In this document: one piece after another, positions 57,601-64,000 of the stretch | Layout of the letters: each line of letters opens with the position of its first letter | Numbering within the stretch: the first letter of the stretch is position 1 | Source of the DNA: Macrostomum hystrix | Lineage: Eukaryota > Animalia > Platyhelminthes | Direction: 5' to 3' | Assembly: GCA_950097015.1 (NCBI GenBank) | Contig: CATNEN010000001.1 | Span: forward strand, 19,654,001 to 19,718,000 | Length of the DNA: 64,000 nucleotides | Position numbers and translations under genes: made by a program | Notes under the pieces: generated by a model | What the model was told of the DNA's origin: nothing | The model's database searches: none | What the model saw: the letters and a program-made list of their open reading frames with translations, nothing else

Positions 57601-60600
57601 ATGGATCAGTTTGTACACCACACCAGCCATCATCATCAGCATCATCAGCATCATCAGCATCAGCAGCAGCAGCATTCTATCAGCTTTTATCAGCCGGGCT
57701 TCGATCCGATTTTTATCTCCAATGCAACTCATCTGGTTCCGATGCGGGAGTATGCTCAGCAGCAGCAGCATCAGCAGCAGCAGGCCACTCAAAACGCGGC
57801 AGTCACTCCACCTTCTGGCAAGAAACGTCCTAAGCTCGATCCCCGTCAAAGACGGCTCCACCAGCGCAAGGCCGCCAACCAGCGGGAGCGCAAGCGAATG
57901 CGCTCCATCAACGCCGCCTTCGAAGGTCTTCGCCGGCGTCTGCCAGCTGTTGAACAGTCGGAAGATCGCAAACTGTCCAAAGTGGAGACACTGAAGCACG
58001 CCATCGAGTACATTCAGGGCCTGGCCGACCTGCTCAGCGCGTTGGAGGCCGACGAGGCGCGAGCGAATCCCGGCGGCCTGGCACAGAGGAAGAGGGCCAA
58101 GATCATCCTGCTGTACCAGGGACCGCCTTCGAGGTTGATCGCTTCGTCTGCTAGCGACTCTGCAGCACCCGGCTGGCCGCACGGTAAGTCGGGCTGTTCA
58201 ACAGCTGCAGGGTGAACTGAAGCAGTGCATAGTTCAGTGTCTTTAGCTGCTAAAGGACACTAATTGTTCCTGTGGAATCGAACCCCCGACCTTCAAGTCG
58301 TGAGTCCGACGACTAGCGGGGTATAACCGCTAAACCCCAGAGTAAACTTACACTGTGCCCTCAGAGGTGCAAGTTGACAAGCCCTTAAATTAATGTGGCC
58401 TCGCCGCGGAATCGAGCTCGGGGACTGTTAAGCCTTTCTGCCATGCACTCACGCCTAATTTATCAAATCTTGCTGCACTCGCATCTCCTCTACCTCTCTC
58501 CCTCTGTCTCCAACCTTTTCTTATCAGCTGCTCTCACCTCTAGAGTTCAGCACTTATAAGTTTGTCTTCAGTAGGCGATGACAAATCTGTGTATAATATA
58601 AACTCAATCAAACTAACCATTTCTTCTCTTTGCCGTATTTTCTCAGTAGCCGATAGTTCTTAGAAAATAGCTTACCCTCGATTAGACAAACATGCATATC
58701 AATATGTATGAGCTATAATCTTTCATATAGACTCTTAAGCTGATGGATTTCTGTAAAGTAAATATCACATCTACTATTTATAGCGAGAATACTATACTTA
58801 ACCCATATAGCTTCATTTGATGACACACACGAAACTTTATAACCATAATTCAGGCAAAATGTTTTTCCTAGAAGAAGAGAAAAGTGAAAATGCGAAAAAT
58901 CTCTGTGATGCAATTTATCTTTGGTAACCAATTTTTTTTCTGAAGAAAAGTGGATAATCCATCCACTGCAATATCAGTGGATGTTGCATCATCGATTATA
59001 TGGCTATAGCTCTTCATCTGCATGGCTACAGAATCATGGACTAACCACTTCACACTTTAGGCCTGATAATTCAGCCTAACTGATCCCTAATATTATCAGC
59101 ACACTTCAGAGATTTGCTTTGAGCAAGTGTGAGGATTTAGTTGCTAAGGCTGGTTGAAATGCTGCTGTTGAAGTATTCTCAAGAAGAAATTATCTAGCAG
59201 ATACTTGCATGGATTTACGATTTTTATGTCGAGAACAGATTAAATTTCTAATTTTAGTTGGGAAGTTAGGGACTACGGTGAAAGAAAAGTAAAAGAGAGG
59301 GGAGAGGAAGGGTAGAGTGGGGAGAGGAGAGGAAGAGAGGGGAGAGTAGAGGAAGAGAGGGAGAGAAGAGGAAGAGAGGGAGAGAAGAGGAAGAGAGGGA
59401 GAGGAGAGGAAGAGAGGGAGAGGAGAAGTAGAGAGGGGAGATGAGAGGTAGAGAGGAGAGTAAGAGAGGAGAGAGGAGAGTATGGGAGGGGAGAAGAGAG
59501 GGGAGAGTCGAGGGGAGAGGGGAGAGGAGAGGGGAGAGTAGAGTAAGAGAGGGGAGAGGAGAGGGGAGAGGAGAGGGGAGAGTAGAGTAAGAGAGGGGAG
59601 AGGAGAGGGGAGAGGAGAGGGGAGAGGGGAGGAGAGGGGAGAGGAGAGGGGAGAGGAGAGCAAGACAGTGGAGAGGAAAGGTAGAGTGGGGAGAGGAGAG
59701 GAAGAGAGGGGAGAGTAGAGGAAGAGAGGGGAGAGTAGAGGAAGAGAGGGAGAGAAGAGGAAGAGAGGGAGAGGAGAGGAAGAGAGGGAGAGGAGAAGTA
59801 GAGAGGGGAGATGAGAGGTAGAGAGGAGAGTAAGAGAGGAGAGAGGAGAGTATGGGAGGGGAGAAGAGAGGGGAGAGTCGAGGGGAGAGGGGAGAGGAGA
59901 GGGGAGAGTAGAGTAAGAGAGGGGAGAGGAGAGGGGAGAGGAGAGGGGAGAGGGGAGGAGAGGGGAGAGGAGAGGGGAGAGGAGAGCAAGACAGTGGAGA
60001 GGAAAGGTAGAGTGGGGAGAGGAGAGGAAGAGAGGGAGAGTAGAGGAAGAGAGTAGAGTAAGAGAGGGGAGAGGAGAGGGGAGAGGAGAGGGGAGAGGAG
60101 AGTGTGGGAGTTTTTCTATGTTTCGAAAATGTTTCGAAAACAAAAACCCGCGGCACGCGTCGCTTCAATTCACTTGGATACAACTATTTACATAACAGTA
60201 TAAAAATTTCATGCATGGAAACGAGGCCACACAATGAGAGGATCATATAAGCTGGGTTCACCATCACGCAAAGCAATTCAGCACACAAGAGCAATCAAAG
60301 CGTGAACAGCATGGAGACAATGACCGCTGCAATCACTATCTATTCTGGTTTCTTCCTGTTTGAAAAATTATCAATCGACAGTAGCTTTATGCCATAGGCG
60401 TGGCCTATTGGGGCTGACCTATACTTCCCTCCCTATGCTGATTAAAAGAGAATCACTTCTGCTGTCAAACTTCTATAGTTAATCCCGTTTACTTGTCAAA
60501 TAATTGAATTCCACTGCAATAAAACAATGACCATTATTCAATTGAAAAGTCTTTGACACCGTCAAGTGGCCATGGAAGTGTGAGTTGATGCTGTGGCAAA

Positions 60601-62486
60601 TCTCTATACTCGAGTATTAAATATGGTTCAATCTCACAATTTAATCCCTTTACAATAGGCTTGTAGTTATACAGCTAACCAAACCGAGCTTTGACATCAC
60701 TAAATGTGCCATGAAGAATAGTTATATAGATTGTAGCGGTCAGTGAAATTATCGATTCACCAAGGGTTGCCTTCATGTTATGCTGCACGTGCGTCAGCGT
60801 TCACGCTATATTTATTGAACAAAAATAGGTACTCACTCATCACTAAACCACCAGGCTTCGCTGCTGTGTTCACACCAATGTTCAGGTCTGGAATGTGTTA
60901 ATAGGAGGGTCGCGTGGCAGCGTTCAAAACGTCATCATTAACAGCTGGAATTCTTATTGCATTCTATACGCATGTAGGAGCATTGTGAAGTCGCCATGCA
61001 CGTTATGCCCGTGCAAAAAAGGGATTTTTTCAAACATTGATCCTAAAACTGCTTCAAAAGAATTTCGGACACGTGCTATTAAATTCGCTCTTGCAGCTTG
61101 TTGAAGCTCTCTTACTTTTTGTTCACTCCCGTGCTCTCCAGCATACTCATTGGGGAGCCACTTGATCTTGCTCGGGTGCTGGCAGAAGATTGTGTCTTGG
61201 GGGGGGGGCATTGTGTGCGACTTTGTCTGTTAAGTTGCCAACGCCGAAACCGCTGAACGGCACATATGCTCAAACTATGCGCAAACTATCGCGTTGAAAA
61301 ACTTTGAAATGATAGAAAAAGTCGTTCACATATTATAGAGATAAGCGTGGATAGGACATTCTTCCTGTCGGTTTGCAAAGACAAAAAAAAGCAATTTCAG
61401 AAGGTGTTGTCCACGTGTCCGCAGCCTGTCCGTCTGTCTGTTTCACTGTCCATCACTATGTAGCATGCAGGCACAAGGCCAAGTTGTCTCACCATAGCAG
61501 GCAGATGGTATTTGGTCTATGATTCAGCCGAGGTTTTTTGTGTTCGATGACTTCTTCATCTAGTGTTGGATAGTTGAAAAAAATTCTTTTGTCTCTGTTA
61601 AAGTGGCCCATGACATGATTGGCACTCAAATGGTCAACTCAAAGATCATTTAAACTTGTTCCCTGCAATGCCTGCTGCCACAGTTAGCAACCGCTTGCTG
61701 ACAAATATGGAGGTTGTAGCTCGCATAATAAGAGTCTTAGACTTCTATGGACAGGAAATCATTTATATCCTTGAGTAGGGGGGGCGAGTGGCAGCGCCGT
61801 TAACGCGTTTGCCTCTCGCGCCAAGGTCCCTGAGCTCGATTCCGCGTCGAGGCCACGTTCATTTTGGGCGCAGCCGCGGAAAAAAGGCTTGAGGGCTTGT
61901 CGTGCAATTTACGCCCTTGAGGGCCAACCTCCAAGGCTCAGTGAAAGTGTACACTGCCTGACGATGAGAAAGTCAGGGCAGATGTACACACCTGTGTGAG
62001 CGTGTGCCTGCGTACAGCAGTCAGCGAAATGGGCAGAATTGCCTCCTCGCTGGCTGCGGGTCTGGTGTCACCACGTGACGTGCCATTGCTCGCAGCCCTC
62101 CTGCAATTACTACTATCATTATTGTGTTTGCGCGCAGGACATTTGATTAATTTGTTATTCAGCTACGAGTTAAATGAAATGCATCTCCACCCGCAGCAGA
62201 TCTTCAGTCCAGTTCCGATCTGACCAACTCTGATGAGTCCATGCTGGATGTCGATGGTCGCAACGATGACTTCGAATCTTCCGCTAGCGGGCTCGATGAG
62301 GTTTGGGGACATTCTCTGGCCTGGATTGACGAACGTGGAGACTTTGAGCGCTTCATCAGTTGTCCTAATGGACCACCTGGCCAGCTGCAGCAATCGAGCG
62401 GCAGTAGGTCGAGGGTTCGAGCCCGAATCTGGAGACCGACTCAAATAGCGACAGGAATCTGGTTCGGAGGCGGCGGTGACTTTTGA
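57601..62486 (+). CDS. PTF1A: Ptf1a/Fer1-like bHLH transcription factor, 2 exons, about 290 aa
   Basis: Exon 57601-58183 has bHLH QRKAANQRERKRMRSINAAFEGLRRRLP...RKLSKVETLKHAIEYIQGL. Exon 62197-62486 (phase 1, NAGNAG acceptor) carries HSLAW and IWRP, matching the Ptf1a RBPJ-binding C1 (HSLSW) and C2 (VWTP) motifs. Confidence 0.9.
58205..58456 (-). mobile_element. SINE family B fragment followed by a deleted SINE family A fragment
   Basis: GGGTGAACTGAAGCA...AAAGGACAC...GGAATCGAACCC, then ATGTGGCCTCGCCGCGGAATCGAGCTC shared with the 28786-29071 copy. Confidence 0.65.
59295..60100. repeat. Polypurine (GA-rich) low-complexity tract with a 370-bp internal duplication (ptf1a intron)
   Basis: Almost only G/A on the + strand; the marker ATGAGAGGTAGAGAGG recurs at 59441 and 59811. 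Confidence 0.93.
61778..62108 (+). mobile_element. tRNA-derived SINE family A, most complete copy
   Basis: Head GGGGGGCGAGTGGCAGCGCCGTTAA (A-box-like) ... GAGCTCGATTCC (B-box-like); short TACTACT tail; five related copies in the window. Confidence 0.85.
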
Positions 62487-63894
62487 TTCGACCTGGACTT
62501 GTGACAATATTTAAAGATTCTGATAAGATCCAATCGATAAACCTAAAAGGCTACATTTCACGATAGTTTTGTTCATAATGACACATTTTCTCAGCAAATG
62601 TTTAGTTTTAATTAAAATACATATTCATCGCAATATTTAAAATATACTTTTTTTGATTTTATAAGGCAAAATGAATTAGCTTTACGTGTTTATTTTATTT
62701 TACACGCAGTAAAATCTTCTAAATCTTGTGAATCCTTTTAGCCAGGGTAAACTTAAGAATTTAACAGTAGGACTACCCAGAAATTTTGTCGTCCGTTTTT
62801 ATATCAAGTGGAAATGCCCCATTAATTTTTTGCAGCGCCTGAATGCAAACAGCGTTGGGTGGTGACTAATTGGTTGGCAGACTAGGCGATGTTGTTTTGT
62901 GGTTGAGCTGAGTCTAATATTTAGGCTTGATCAGTGAAATTCGAGAAATTCGCGTCAAGGTGTCAATAGTGGCCTAGTTCCAGCTGTAGCCCTTGAAGGT
63001 CCAGCAGTCCGTCTAGATAAAGGTAGGTGACCACCGAAGACGGAGATGATGCATACAGGCACATTTGGGTGACATGCAGATGCATTTTGAAGGCCTGGCA
63101 AGGCCGCACTGAGGCGCGGTGCTAATTTGTGTTTAGGAGTGAATGAAATGCACTAGCGCTTATGTAAAAAATTCGACATTCGGCCAGAAACATTGAATAT
63201 CTCGACGGTCTGAAGGGCTGGCGACTTGATTATTGTTTCAAAAGATACGCGAAAAAAGTTGGCCAGGGTGTAGTTCCACTGTTAAGTGATTATGTGGCCT
63301 GATCAAGGACACAAATCGTTTTAAATTGAACTTCAGATATTCTGAAACCTGTTCCTGAGTAAAAAGTAAAAAAATTGGAAAAATCCACGATATGTTGTAT
63401 GGTTGTATATTGTTTTATTGTAGCATATCTGACAAAAATGTGAATTCTATGGGGGTAATAAAACGCGTTGACAATATACTCGAGAAGCAATGGCCTAGAA
63501 AAAGCATTGACATCTTATATGTATAGAATCTACCCACATTACACAAAGTCATGAAGCCACTGATACCTGAACGACAAAGTTAAATAACACCCATTACACC
63601 CTGTGATTGGCTAGTATTTTGGAAACACTCTAAAGTATATACATATATTATATGAGACATTGGAAACTAAACAACAGATGAATCTTTTCTGCTTATTCTG
63701 TATCGAGTTTCAAGTAATTGACATTTACGCATAGTCCTATTAATAGTTTCAGTTCAATGTCTGTCAGTAGATATCTTATTTAGTATCTAACTTTTTGTTC
63801 ATCGGTTAAGGCAAGTTTATACACGATGATGTTTACTCTTTGATAAAGTTTCATTTAAGCATTAAATAAATGTGCACAAAACGAGAGTGAATGA

Positions 63895-64000
63895 GGGGAG
63901 AAGCAGGGGAGAATCAGGGGAGAATCAGGGGAGAATCAGGGGAGAATCAGGGGAGAATCAGGGGAGAATCAGGGAAGAATCAGGGGAGAGTGAGGGGAGA
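63895..64000. repeat. 11-bp repeat GGGGAGAATCA, running to the window end
   Basis: Tandem repeat. Confidence 0.9.

Noticed and set aside
60830-61211. Minus-strand 85-aa ORF inside the ptf1a intron
   Set aside because: No recognisable domain, and stops interrupt its continuation; it cannot be supported without a homology search.
61778-61850. tRNA gene
   Set aside because: A/B-box-like head without a full cloverleaf, continuous with a dispersed repeat body, so it is a SINE.
61948-62030. Hammerhead ribozyme in the SINE (CTGACGA ... GAAA), by analogy with schistosome SM-alpha
   Set aside because: There is no stem II between CUGANGA and GAAA; CTGAC instead pairs with GTCAG in a simple hairpin. 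An Infernal search would settle it.

Overview
Eukaryotic (invertebrate) genomic DNA with GC-rich spliced exons and AT-rich spacers. The style (polyQ/polyA exons, minisatellite-packed introns) resembles a free-living flatworm such as Macrostomum; this is inference only. I assembled seven genes by hand from GT-AG junctions that keep frame: a divergent PP1-like phosphatase (+), a thioredoxin-fold ORF (-), an ankyrin-repeat gene (+), an FGFR-family receptor kinase (-), HIPK (-), Derlin-2 (+) and the bHLH factor Ptf1a (+). There is also a degenerate SET-domain gene at the left edge. Mobile DNA includes a hAT MITE carrying a minisatellite, an internally deleted P-element with perfect TIRs and 8-bp TSD, and two tRNA-derived SINE families. 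About 27 tandem arrays are present, most of them inside introns next to splice sites. Almost all long repetitive ORFs in the ORF track are artefacts of these arrays. Top leads: (1) the last HIPK intron is a chain of about 52 units of 34 nt, each reading like a complete GT...branchpoint...AG mini-intron (candidate recursive-splicing ladder); (2) two histone-type 3' stem-loops lie in the putative HIPK 3' UTR; (3) mutually complementary minisatellites flank three FGFR kinase exons, and skipping those exons gives an immediate stop and a kinase-less receptor.
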